Under the pieces are notes generated by a model. It did not search any database. It was not told where the DNA came from and worked only from the letters and a program-made list of their open reading frames with translations. Below, piece after piece: positions 40,556 through 49,667 of a stretch of DNA of 64,000 nt. The position numbers and the translations under genes are program-made. Source of the DNA: Dehalococcoidia bacterium (GTDB lineage Bacteria; Chloroflexota; Dehalococcoidia; Plut-88900); the NCBI GenBank assembly GCA_965197585.1, contig OZ240215.1, positions 960,001 through 1,024,000 of the forward strand. Reading direction: 5' to 3'. Positions within the stretch are counted from its first letter, which is position 1. Each line of letters starts with the position of its first letter.

Positions 40556-42523
40556 TTACACAGCCCTCCCCGCCCGAGTCCCCTCCAGGATGGCGTCGTG
40601 GATGCGGCGGGGGGCCATTGCGTCGCCGACGAGCCGGACGTCATCTACCTTACCCTTTAGTGTCTTGTACAGGTCGTCCTGCGCCCGACGCAGACCCGCG
40701 TGGACTATGGTGGCAACGCCGTCCACGGTGCGCTCTTCGTTGTTGTAGATGTTGCGAAGGACGACCTGCTCCTCCCGGATCTCTTTTACCTCGGTGTTGG
40801 GGCTGAGGGTGACGTGGTTGGTGTAGAGACGCTGGTAGACCAGGGGTTTGACGCTGATGTCGATGTCCTCGCCGACGGTGAAGAGGTCGGAGACTACCTC
40901 AACCTTGCTGCCCTGCAAGGCCAATTGCTCGGCGACGGCGGGGCCCTTGTGATGACCGTCCTGATCGATTACCAGCACTTTGTCACCCCAGTCCACTTCT
41001 TTGGTCAGGGCCTCTTCAGTGGTCACCACGGGCCCCGACTCTGCGCCGGGAATGTCGGGGGGCAGGGCTACCGAGCCGGCGGCTATGATGACGGCGTCGG
41101 GGGACTCGGAGAGGATGGAGTCGGCGGTGGCTTCGGTGCCAAGGCGGATGTCGACACCCAGCTTTCGGGCCTGCTCTTCCAGCCAGATGGTGATTGCCCC
41201 GAAGTCCTCCCTGCCTGCGGCCTTGGTATAGGGGGTGATCTGTCCTCCCAGAACAGGCTTCTTTTCGAAAAGGACCACGTTGTGGCCGCGCTCTGCTGCG
41301 ACTCGGGCAGCTTCCAGGCCCGCAGGCCCGCCGCCAACAACTACGACCTTTTTCTTGCTCTTGGCGGGTTTTACGACAGCGAGCTCGGTCTCGCGGCTGA
41401 TGACCGGGTTGTGGATACAAGTGATGGGCTTGCCGTGGAAAAGACGCCCGATGCAGCCCTGGTTGCTGCCGATGCACGGCCGGATATCCTCGACCCTGCC
41501 CTCGCGAGCCTTGTTGGCAAGGTGGGGGTCGGCGATCATTGCCCGGGTCATGGCCACCAGGTCGGCCTTGGATTCGGAGACAATCCATTCGCCCTGCATG
41601 GGGTCGGTGATCCGGCCGGCGATTAGGATGGCGAGGCTGCTATGGCGCTTGACCTCGGCGGACCAGTCGACCCAGAGGCCTGTCTTGAACCACATCGCAG
41701 GCACGGCCTCCGACTGTCCCATCATGTACTCAGGCGTCGCACCGACGACGCTCAGGTAGTCGGCCTGGCCCGTGGTCTCGAGAATTTCGATTATATCGAG
41801 TTGGTCGGCACGGGAAAGGCCGCCCTTGGTCCTCTCATCCTCACCCCCGACCCGAAGGCCTACCACGAAGTCCTCTCCCACGTTTTCCCTGACCGACTCC
41901 ATGACTTCCTTTGAGAAGCGGATCCGGTTTTCGAGCGAGCCGCCGTAGGAATCGGTGCGCTGGTTGGAGAAGGGAGAGAGGAATTGCTCGGGGAGGTGGC
42001 CTGAGCCGATCATGATCTCGACACCGTCGAATCCACCGGCCTTGAGCCGGCCCGCGGCCTTTCCGTAGGCCCGGACTACGTCGTTGATCTGATCGATTTC
42101 CATCTCGTGAGGCGTCTCTCTGTGGACGCGCTCGGGGAGGCCGGAGGGAGCTAGAAGGGGCGTCCAGGACAGGTCGGAGGCGCCGCGTCGGCCCCGGTGA
42201 GAGATTTGGGCAAAGATTTTTGCGCCGTGCCTGTGGACGGCGGCTGACGCGTTGATGAGGTAGGGGATTACCTTGTCGTTGTAGAGCTCGACGCCACCCC
42301 AGTCGAAGGCGGGGGAGGAATCGTGGACGGCGGCAGAACCGTAGCAGATGATCAGGCCTGCACCGCCTCGGGCCTTCTCGGCCTGGTAGGCGTTGAGCGT
42401 GGGCCCTGGCATACCGTCTTCGGCGAGGACCGTCGCGTGGCCCGTGCTGACAATGCGGTTTCGTATGACGACGTTTCGCATGGTCAGTGGGCTGAACAGG
42501 TTGGGGAATGGGGTTGTTGCCAT
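40556..42523 (-). CDS. NADH:flavin oxidoreductase (OYE-like plus FAD domain; TMADH/DCR family)
   Basis: 'NQRTDSYGGSLENR', 'CIGSNQGC', 'CIHNP', 'VGGGPAG'. Confidence 0.9.
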   Translation of the reverse strand: MATTPFPNLFSPLTMRNVVIRNRIVSTGHATVLAEDGMPGPTLNAYQAEKARGGAGLIICYGSAAVHDSSPAFDWGGVELYNDKVIPYLINASAAVHRHGAKIFAQISHRGRRGASDLSWTPLLAPSGLPERVHRETPHEMEIDQINDVVRAYGKAAGRLKAGGFDGVEIMIGSGHLPEQFLSPFSNQRTDSYGGSLENRIRFSKEVMESVRENVGEDFVVGLRVGGEDERTKGGLSRADQLDIIEILETTGQADYLSVVGATPEYMMGQSEAVPAMWFKTGLWVDWSAEVKRHSSLAILIAGRITDPMQGEWIVSESKADLVAMTRAMIADPHLANKAREGRVEDIRPCIGSNQGCIGRLFHGKPITCIHNPVISRETELAVVKPAKSKKKVVVVGGGPAGLEAARVAAERGHNVVLFEKKPVLGGQITPYTKAAGREDFGAITIWLEEQARKLGVDIRLGTEATADSILSESPDAVIIAAGSVALPPDIPGAESGPVVTTEEALTKEVDWGDKVLVIDQDGHHKGPAVAEQLALQGSKVEVVSDLFTVGEDIDISVKPLVYQRLYTNHVTLSPNTEVKEIREEQVVLRNIYNNEERTVDGVATIVHAGLRRAQDDLYKTLKGKVDDVRLVGDAMAPRRIHDAILEGTRAGRAV

Positions 42524-42583
42524 TGTCAGGGTTCCTCCGATAGAGGTGTCGATTCGATGTCGACGGTATGCCGAGTTAGCCGG

Positions 42584-43444
42584 TTAAACCAGGGCTACGG
42601 GGTTCCAAGGGGTGCCCGATGCCTCGGTGAGAGGGAGAGGCGCGCCCACGAACATGAATTCGTAGACCTGGTCTCGGGCCAGCTCCTCCAGGTTCATATT
42701 CTCCAGCAGGTAGATGCCGAGGTCTCGGAGGGCGAAGCGATGGAGCATGCTGGCACCATACCCGTCGACAGCCCCTTGCACTTCGATGGTCGGCTGGTCC
42801 GCCCCGATGGCGCAAACGTCTCTTTCCTTGAGCCACGGGGCAAGGGAGCCGTCAGGGCCGGGGACGCCGGAGCTCCAGAGGGCGTAGTCGCTGTAGAAGA
42901 CGGTGTGCCAGCCGGTGCGGAAGAGGAGGATGTCTCCCGGCTCGATGGCTATGCCCTGAGACGCAGCGACGGCGTCCATCTCTTCGCCGGTCAAGACTTC
43001 GCCGGGGCCCATGTGCTCGGTTCCCCGGTACCGGGGAACATCCAACATGATCCCGCGTCCGACCATGGTCTTCACCTGGTCGATGCCAATCTTGCGAACG
43101 CCGGCTTTGAAGACCTGCTCCTCCGAGTAGCCGTTATAGAACTGTCCCTCGGCCCAAGTGTGCCCGAGGGAGTCGATGTGGGTGCCGGAATGGGTATCGA
43201 TGGTAAGGACGTCTTCGGTGAAGCTGACGTCGGGGCCCGGGGAGGTGAAGGTGACCTTCCAAGTCTTGTGGAAGGGAACGTGCTGGTGGCCGTTACGCTC
43301 CAGGGGCACGGCGAGGCTGTAGGCCTTGCCCTTCTTGATCAGTTTGGCGGCCTTGAGCATCACGTCGGGAGTAAGGAGGTTGAGAGCCCCGACACTGTCG
43401 TCGGCGCCCCATCTTCCCCAGTTAGATACGGCAGCTTGAGTCAT
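42584..43444 (-). CDS. Cyclase family protein (kynurenine formamidase-like)
   Basis: 'NWGRWG', 'HSGTHIDSLGH', 'GDILLFRTGW'. Confidence 0.88.
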   Translation of the reverse strand: MTQAAVSNWGRWGADDSVGALNLLTPDVMLKAAKLIKKGKAYSLAVPLERNGHQHVPFHKTWKVTFTSPGPDVSFTEDVLTIDTHSGTHIDSLGHTWAEGQFYNGYSEEQVFKAGVRKIGIDQVKTMVGRGIMLDVPRYRGTEHMGPGEVLTGEEMDAVAASQGIAIEPGDILLFRTGWHTVFYSDYALWSSGVPGPDGSLAPWLKERDVCAIGADQPTIEVQGAVDGYGASMLHRFALRDLGIYLLENMNLEELARDQVYEFMFVGAPLPLTEASGTPWNPVALV

Positions 43445-43522
43445 GGCATTGCCTCCGGTTGAAGTGTGATAGTGGAATTGAGGATATTCTAACATCGCCC
43501 GCCTTTGTAAAGGGGCAGGCAT

Positions 43523-43550
43523 GGGGCGGCGGTTCTCGAACCGCCCCTAC
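43523..43550 (-). repeat. GTAG-type REP-like palindrome
   Basis: GTAGGGGCGGTTCGAGAACCGCC on the minus strand. Confidence 0.55.
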
Positions 43551-44158
43551 GGGAGGGAGCCTCCAAGGAAGGACTTGAGCATGATGTGCGCCATCGGTAG
43601 GAGCATGATCGGGGCAAGCAGGTAGGTCTTCCTTGTCTTGAAGCCGAAGGCAATTTCGTAGAAGGCACGTGGTAGGAAGGACACGAAGACATAGGCGAAA
43701 AGCCCGATGAAAAGGGTGTGCGGCACTGACCAGAGGCCGTGATAGGTCTCAGTTAGAAAAATGCTGAAGGCCGCCGTGGCCCCTGCCGAAATGGTCGCTA
43801 TGAAGGCACTAGCGATTGTAATTCCGACGCCCGACTCCCTGGGTATCTCGATGGAGGCAGAGCGGTAGAAGAAAGCCATGAGAGCGGTGGCGAGGGGCAG
43901 GAGGATGAGGTCGCCGACCATAAAGGCCGGGCTGCGGAGGAAGACGCTGGTTATGACTTCGAGGCGCCAGGCGATGAGGAGAAGCGAACCCCACCCGAGA
44001 ACCAGAATCATCAGCCCGACAATGAGCGGGTGAAGGGACATCAACCGGGCGAGAGGATCACCTGCTAGGAGGGCTCTCGGACCGGCTCTTTTCTTTTCTT
44101 CAGACTCGGGGTGGGGCGGTCGCTTGGGGAGGTCGAACCTCGAGCAGCGTGTTGTCAT
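43547..44158 (-). CDS. Hypothetical membrane protein (start uncertain)
   Basis: About five hydrophobic segments. Confidence 0.7.
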   Translation of the reverse strand: MTTRCSRFDLPKRPPHPESEEKKRAGPRALLAGDPLARLMSLHPLIVGLMILVLGWGSLLLIAWRLEVITSVFLRSPAFMVGDLILLPLATALMAFFYRSASIEIPRESGVGITIASAFIATISAGATAAFSIFLTETYHGLWSVPHTLFIGLFAYVFVSFLPRAFYEIAFGFKTRKTYLLAPIMLLPMAHIMLKSFLGGSLP

Positions 44159-44168
44159 CGGGGGTGCG

Positions 44169-45464
44169 TCAGACCACGGCTTTGATCATATCCATGTCTC
44201 CATCCTTGAAGCGGCTGTGTCGGAGAGCATGGATGTCAACGGAAGATTCCCCGTCGGCTATTAGCTCGGCGGTGACCTTGCCTGCGATCGGCCCGATGCC
44301 TATGCCCCGACCGCTGAACCCTGTGCAGAAGTAGAACCCCTTTGGAGAATCAGCTTCTCCTATAACGGAAAGGGCGTCGGGAGTAGCGTCGATGCGGCCC
44401 GACCAGTAGTGGTTGATCTTCAGGTCCTTCAGATCGGGGAACATGGACTTGAAGGTGACCAGGGCCTTGTCGATAACCTTCCTGTTGGGCTCGGGCTCGA
44501 CGCCCACGGTGTGAGCGAAGGGGTGTCGGCGGGATGGGGAGCCGGGCAAGCTTCTCAGGATGTCCTTTATCAGCGCACTCCCGACATGAAGACGGAACAT
44601 CTCTCGGTTCCTGCGGAAGTTTGGCATGAAAAGACGGATGTGTTTGAAGCTGTCCAGGTCAACGTCGTAGTCCGTGCCACCGGACCCCGGTGCGATGTAG
44701 ACCTCGCCCGTTGGCCTCTGCCGGAAGGCGATCCGGGGCCCGATGACCGCCATATCGGTAACGTGGTCGGTAGGGTTAGTCTGCCCGACGCTCGCCCGCA
44801 CCATCCGGTAGGGAAGGGTTTGGCCGACCATGCGGGCCACTTTGTGAGACCATGCCCCGGCCGCGCAGACTACGTTCTTGGTGACGATTCTGTCCCTTTC
44901 GGTGACTACGGCGGAGACTTGGCCATCGGTCACCTCGATGCCCTCGACGGCCTCCATAGTCCTGAAAAGGGCGCCGTGCTCCCGTGCCCCGATGGCGATG
45001 GCGTTCGTTGCCTTGTTGGGCTGGGCGTGGCCGTCGCTCGGGGTATACATGGCCCCAAGCCACTCACCCCGCATGGCCGGAAGAAGCTCTTTCACGTCCT
45101 CGTTGGTCAGGAACTTGGTCTCGATGCCGAACTGCTCCCCGACTTTGAGCCACGCTCGGATTCTTCCGAGTATCTCCTCGTCTCCCGCCAGGGTTAGTGA
45201 GCCACCCTGGTTCCATTCCACGTCTGCATCAAGCTCGCGCTCCATCTCCTGCCATACTATGGCCCCGGCAATCATCAGGGGCAGCTCGCGGGCGGTACGG
45301 GCCTGCTGGCGTACGAAACCCCAGGCTCGGCTGGACTGCTCATCCCCGACCTCGCCTTTATCGACTACTACTACGTTGAGGCCCTTCTTGGAGAGGTAGT
45401 AAGCGGTGGCGCAACCGGCTATCCCGGCCCCGATTACGACTACGTCGGCGGTGCGAGTATTCAT
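44169..45464 (-). CDS. FAD-dependent oxidoreductase (D-amino acid oxidase family)
   Basis: 'IGAGIAG', 'EQSSRAWGFVRQQ', 'TGFSG'. Confidence 0.9.
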   Translation of the reverse strand: MNTRTADVVVIGAGIAGCATAYYLSKKGLNVVVVDKGEVGDEQSSRAWGFVRQQARTARELPLMIAGAIVWQEMERELDADVEWNQGGSLTLAGDEEILGRIRAWLKVGEQFGIETKFLTNEDVKELLPAMRGEWLGAMYTPSDGHAQPNKATNAIAIGAREHGALFRTMEAVEGIEVTDGQVSAVVTERDRIVTKNVVCAAGAWSHKVARMVGQTLPYRMVRASVGQTNPTDHVTDMAVIGPRIAFRQRPTGEVYIAPGSGGTDYDVDLDSFKHIRLFMPNFRRNREMFRLHVGSALIKDILRSLPGSPSRRHPFAHTVGVEPEPNRKVIDKALVTFKSMFPDLKDLKINHYWSGRIDATPDALSVIGEADSPKGFYFCTGFSGRGIGIGPIAGKVTAELIADGESSVDIHALRHSRFKDGDMDMIKAVV

Positions 45465-45474
45465 GCACGATCAC

Positions 45475-45915
45475 CTAGCCTTGGTTTTCTGGCGGGTAGA
45501 CTCGCTTGGCACACAGTTTATCGTTAGCCATTTCAAAGATTTCCACGTCATCCGGAAATAGGTGGCAGTAGCGTCTTACGTAGTGCTCTGCCAAAGTTTC
45601 ACCGGCTCGGTTTTTGTCAGTCTTCCGTAAGAAGAGCATCTTATTGTACTTATCGGATGTGGCAGAAAAGTAAAGCATTGCCTCGTTAGCCGTTGAGAAC
45701 TTGGCGCTAGGTGACCCTCCGCTTTTTAACCAACTGTACGATTTGCATTCAACCAGCAGGGCGTCGCTACCTAAATCGAACTTGTGCAACGCATTGTGCC
45801 GAGTATTTACACTGATCGTGACCTTATGCTCTGCCTCTAGGCAGTGCCCCTTGCATTCCTTCAAGTAGCGTTGAACACGACAAGTGAATTGTCTTCCCTT
45901 TTCGAAGTTGTTCAT
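45475..45915 (-). CDS. Hypothetical protein with a PD-(D/E)XK nuclease-like motif, low GC
   Basis: 'HKFDL...LVECK' and N-terminal 'G..F' helix; AT-rich codon usage. Confidence 0.6.
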   Translation of the reverse strand: MNNFEKGRQFTCRVQRYLKECKGHCLEAEHKVTISVNTRHNALHKFDLGSDALLVECKSYSWLKSGGSPSAKFSTANEAMLYFSATSDKYNKMLFLRKTDKNRAGETLAEHYVRRYCHLFPDDVEIFEMANDKLCAKRVYPPENQG

Positions 45916-46014
45916 CTATCTCCCCACTCTTTCAATTTATCTCGCACACAATACTCGCGCACAACAAGGGAATAGTGCCTCTATACGTCACGTATAGAAC
46001 AGCTAGTGAACTGG

Positions 46015-46043
46015 TTGACAATTCTATCATGTTCTAATAGATT
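46015..46043 (+). promoter_or_regulatory. Putative sigma70 promoter TTGACA-N17-TAGATT
   Basis: Consensus -35 and spacing, in an AT-rich intergenic region. Confidence 0.5.
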
Positions 46044-46130
46044 ATCCGATAATGCTGGTAGAATACATACGACAAAACCTCTTCACCTACCTACAGCACT
46101 CTCATTTAATAGCATGTTATTTATCATATT

Positions 46131-46292
46131 ATGCCAGTTATCATTTGTTTGGGCCTAATCTTGCTAGGTTTACTGGCCTTCACACAAGGCTGGTACTTCC
46201 GTGGTAACGCCCTGGTCGCTGCCGCCTTCATCCTTATGGGCCTCTCAGCTATATCCCGCGTCTTAGTCGCCGTGTGGCCCGCAGCTGCATAA
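46131..46292 (+). CDS. Putative 53-aa two-TM small membrane protein (not in the ORF track)
   Basis: MPVIICLGLILLGLLAFTQGWYFRGNALVAAAFILMGLSAISRVLVAVWPAAA. Confidence 0.5.
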   Translation: MPVIICLGLILLGLLAFTQGWYFRGNALVAAAFILMGLSAISRVLVAVWPAAA

Positions 46293-46313
46293 AAACGTCC
46301 CTTTTCAACCAAT

Positions 46314-46592
46314 ATGCGTATGAACAATCTTTGGGAACAAGCCTACCTTCCGGGCACTGGGGCTGAGCTTTATCAATGCGATGGCAAACTATGGCACTCT
46401 ATTGAATACCACGATCCGGACTACATGACCTGGATAAACGGACACCCAGGCACACCACAGCCTGAGGATGGGTTTTACTGCGACTCGTGTGTTTGGTATG
46501 CTGAACGAGAGGCCAAGAAGGGTAACAGACCCGAAGTTGCTCTCGGCCCGACCCTGGATGAAGAGCTAAAGCGACGACTCTTGTCTTCCTAA
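46314..46592 (+). CDS. Hypothetical protein (Cys/His-containing)
   Basis: 92-aa ORF with 'CDG..WH' and 'YCDSC'. Confidence 0.55.
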   Translation: MRMNNLWEQAYLPGTGAELYQCDGKLWHSIEYHDPDYMTWINGHPGTPQPEDGFYCDSCVWYAEREAKKGNRPEVALGPTLDEELKRRLLSS

Positions 46593-46628
46593 ATCCCGTG
46601 GTGTAAAGGTATCTATCCCTAGACAAAA

Positions 46629-47507
46629 CTACTCCCGGGGCTTTGACCTGGGGCCGAAGGGCTCGGGGATGAAGGGGCCGTCGCGGAGCTTGAGGAACTC
46701 ACGGAGACCGCCGCGGCGCTGGGCATCGTCCAGAGGCTGGTAGAAGTCTCGGCTGCGGGAGAGGTGAGCCAGGGCCTTCATCTCGTTGTTGAGGAGGAGG
46801 GCGTTGCGAAGACCCATCATGTTGAGGCCCTGGGTAGCGACCTGAAGGTTAATCTTCACGGTCTCGGGGGCGTTCATGGCGATGCGCTCGACTATGGAGA
46901 AGCAGCGGTCTATAAGCTGGTTGTGGGGCACGACTTCGTTGATCAGACCGATGCGGAGAGCTTCATGGGCGTCGATGTGGTCGCCGGTAAGGGCGTAGCG
47001 CAGGGCGTGCTTGTACCCGGCGTTGAGGACCCAGAAAAAATTGGTGTCGTCACCCATCCGGACCTCGGGCTGACCGAAGACGGCCTCGTCTGAGGCAAAG
47101 GTCATGTGACAGGCGAGGGCGTACCAGGAGGCTCCAGCGAGACACCAGCCGTTCACTGCGGCAATCACGGGCGTTCCCATGTCCCAAATCTGCAGGAGGT
47201 TCGCCTGCTCACCCTTGTCATGGTTCCGCTGAAACTCAATCTGCTCGGCGATGTTTGCGCCTTCGGGCAGTCCCGAGGGCCATTCCATTGGGCGTCCCGC
47301 TCCGATGTCGTATCCTGACGAAAAGGCCCGGCCCGAGCCGGTAATGACGACGGCGCGGACCTCGGGGTCAGCGTCTGCGGCGTAGAGGGCGTTGCTTAGC
47401 TCAGACGCTACCTCTTGCGAGATGGCGTTCAGGGTCTCGGGGCGGTTGAGGGTGATGAGGACACCCTTACGCTGCTTCTCGTAGAGGATAGTGTTGTATT
47501 CGGTCAT
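46629..47507 (-). CDS. Enoyl-CoA hydratase/isomerase family protein
   Basis: 'AFSSGYD', 'VNGWCLAG', 'FGQPEVR'. Confidence 0.9.
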   Translation of the reverse strand: MTEYNTILYEKQRKGVLITLNRPETLNAISQEVASELSNALYAADADPEVRAVVITGSGRAFSSGYDIGAGRPMEWPSGLPEGANIAEQIEFQRNHDKGEQANLLQIWDMGTPVIAAVNGWCLAGASWYALACHMTFASDEAVFGQPEVRMGDDTNFFWVLNAGYKHALRYALTGDHIDAHEALRIGLINEVVPHNQLIDRCFSIVERIAMNAPETVKINLQVATQGLNMMGLRNALLLNNEMKALAHLSRSRDFYQPLDDAQRRGGLREFLKLRDGPFIPEPFGPRSKPRE

Positions 47508-47602
47508 GAGGTGCTCCTTCTTTTGAACGGCTGATGAGGCAACACTATCGTGTCGTATTTGTGATGGTTGTGCAACACTTTATTTCCCGCCCCCCTGCCC
47601 CT

Positions 47603-47809
47603 CGTCGTTTCTGCGCAGGCAGGAACCCACCCTTTTCTCCCCCGTCATTCCGGCCGCCGAGGCGTGAATCCATCCTTGGGGAGGGGCCGCTCATCCTGAG
47701 CTTGCTGTAAGTCCGCTGAGGCGGATCGAAGGGTCGAGCGGGGGGAGGCCCAGTTTTGCCAATACATCGCCCTCACCCCCCGCCTCCACCCCAGCCCCCC
47801 TGTCATTCC
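47603..47809 (-). repeat. Cluster of REP-like repeats (CGTC-type, family D, family B with a 21-bp insert at 47704-47724, tail of family A)
   Basis: CGTCATTCCGGCCGCCGAGGCGTGAATCCATCC at 47643-47675; family B at 47683-47745; TGTCATTCC at 47801-47809. Confidence 0.72.
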
Positions 47810-48865
47810 TGTAAGTGTTAGGTAATTCGTTGACAGATTGGTATAAGAGGCCAACACCAATCTGGAGGCGAGAATGCGAGACAATAGCAAGGACCTCACC
47901 CTTGAACGGAACTACATTCAGAAGTGGCGGTTCCTCATCCATGAGTATCAACTGGTCAAGGCAGGGAAGCATCCCCGTTTCCGCTTCGCCCAGGACTTCT
48001 ACTCCTTCCACGGCACTAGCCGTCAGACCTTCGCCAAGTACTACAACCGGTTCCTCCTTTCCCCCTCCGACAACGCCTTCCTCCCCCGTAAGCGGGGTCC
48101 CGGGTGGAAGTCCCGCCGCACCCTGCCCTACATTGAGCAGAAGGTCATCAACGAGCGCCTTAACGGTACCAACCGTTACGAGATCTATGCCATACTCAAA
48201 CCCATCCTTAAACACAACACCCCTAAGCCCTCCACCATCTACGCCATCACCAGACGCCACGGTTTCAATAGGCTCACAAAGCCGATGCAGCAGTCGAAGC
48301 GCAAGATCATCAAGACCCGGGCAGGAGAGCTGGGCCACCTGGACAGCCACCACCTCAGCCGGGATACCATCGTGGGCACCAAGCACCGCTACTACCTGGT
48401 GGGCCTCATCGACGCCTACACCCGTCTGGCCTGGGCCGAAGTGGTCGGAGACATCAAGAGTCTCTCCGTTATGTTTGCTACTCTGAAGTCCATCAATTTC
48501 CTTAACGTGGAGTACGGCATCCAATTCGAGGCCATCCTCACCGACAACGGCCCCGAGATGGCCTCCCCAAGGAACACCGAGGGCCACCCCATGGAACGGA
48601 TGCTCAATGAGCTGGGCATAAAGCACCGCTACACCCGACCCTATAGGCCCCAGACCAACGGGAAGATAGAGCGGTTCTGGAGAACCTTGAACGAGGACCT
48701 GCTGGAGGGGACAACCTTCGAATCGGTCTCGGAACTGAAGGACGAGCTTCAGCAATACCTGATCTACTACAATACTCAGAGACCCCACCAGGCAATGGAC
48801 GGAAAGACCCCTTTGGAGACCCTTAAATCCACCTAATTCTGTCAACGAATTACCTGACATCCACA
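47810..48865 (+). mobile_element. IS481-family insertion sequence, copy 3 (1056 bp)
   Basis: Same TIRs as copy 1; 5-bp TSD ATTCC at 47805-47809 and 48866-48870. Confidence 0.94.
47874..48836 (+). CDS. IS481-family DDE transposase
   Basis: 320 aa, nearly identical to copy 1. Confidence 0.93.
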   Translation: MRDNSKDLTLERNYIQKWRFLIHEYQLVKAGKHPRFRFAQDFYSFHGTSRQTFAKYYNRFLLSPSDNAFLPRKRGPGWKSRRTLPYIEQKVINERLNGTNRYEIYAILKPILKHNTPKPSTIYAITRRHGFNRLTKPMQQSKRKIIKTRAGELGHLDSHHLSRDTIVGTKHRYYLVGLIDAYTRLAWAEVVGDIKSLSVMFATLKSINFLNVEYGIQFEAILTDNGPEMASPRNTEGHPMERMLNELGIKHRYTRPYRPQTNGKIERFWRTLNEDLLEGTTFESVSELKDELQQYLIYYNTQRPHQAMDGKTPLETLKST

Positions 48866-48948
48866 ATTCCGAGGCTCCGCGAGGAATCCGGGGGGCAGCG
48901 TCCTGTCCCCTCTCCCTTTGATGGGAGAGGGCTAGGGTGAGGGTGATC
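48866..48948 (-). repeat. Family A REP remainder followed by an intact family C palindrome
   Basis: ATTCCGAGGCTCCGCGAGGAATC; CCCTCTCCC-TTTGAT-GGGAGAGGG CTAGGGTGAGGGTG. Confidence 0.82.
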
Positions 48949-48976
48949 CTACTTGGCAAATTGTGACACGAACCCC

Positions 48977-49006
48977 TTGACTACATTGAAACATGTGTAC
49001 TATATT
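48977..49006 (+). promoter_or_regulatory. Sigma70 promoter TTGACT-N18-TATATT with LexA-like box AAACATGTGTAC
   Basis: Same layout as 4098-4127. Confidence 0.6.
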
Positions 49007-49667
49007 CACTCCCGACTAGCCAGTCACACACCCTAACCCCAAAGGAGGAACCCAAAACCCAAGGGGAAGCCCAGCCCCGGCCCCCGAGGACTCAACGTCT
49101 AAGCCCATCCCAAAGAGCGACGCGCGCCGCTCCATGGCTCAAGCAAACCACGCCATCTCCTCGTACAAAGGCCCCGGCTATCCCCTTCCCCCCGCCCCAG
49201 GCGATAGAAGACGCCCTGGTTCGTTAAGTTCCCATAGTGCCTTTCTGCCCTCTATCTCAACAGAGGGTCTCGTCCTTTTGGCAGCCGCCGGAGCCTCTTA
49301 ACCGCTCCCCAACGCTGCTCTGTCCGGAACGCCGCCGCTCCCCGCTCCAGGATGCGCCGGCGTATAGTGGCCCTGGCTGCGCCTCACAGCGTGGAACGTC
49401 CGCCCCTGGCGGACATTGCGGCCATTCTTTGAGGAGCCTGGCTCGAACTGTCGGCTCGAACCGGTCGCCCCGTGCGCCGAGCGCATGAGAACGCCAGCCG
49501 ACGCGTCCCAGCCCCCGGGCGCCGAGCTATAGATGCACTGAAACAGGGGCAGCGTCCAACGGGCGTCTTCCATCGCCAAACCCCAGCAAAACAACCGGAA
49601 CTTCAACCTCACAACCGAATATCGTAAGGGCCGTTGCCATACCCTTCATTCTGGGGGCGTCGGAGCG

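Noticed and set aside
49134-49612. Short ORFs on both strands between IS481 copy 3 and the DddP-like gene
   Set aside because: No recognisable motifs or consistent RBS; could be a decayed gene but cannot be supported
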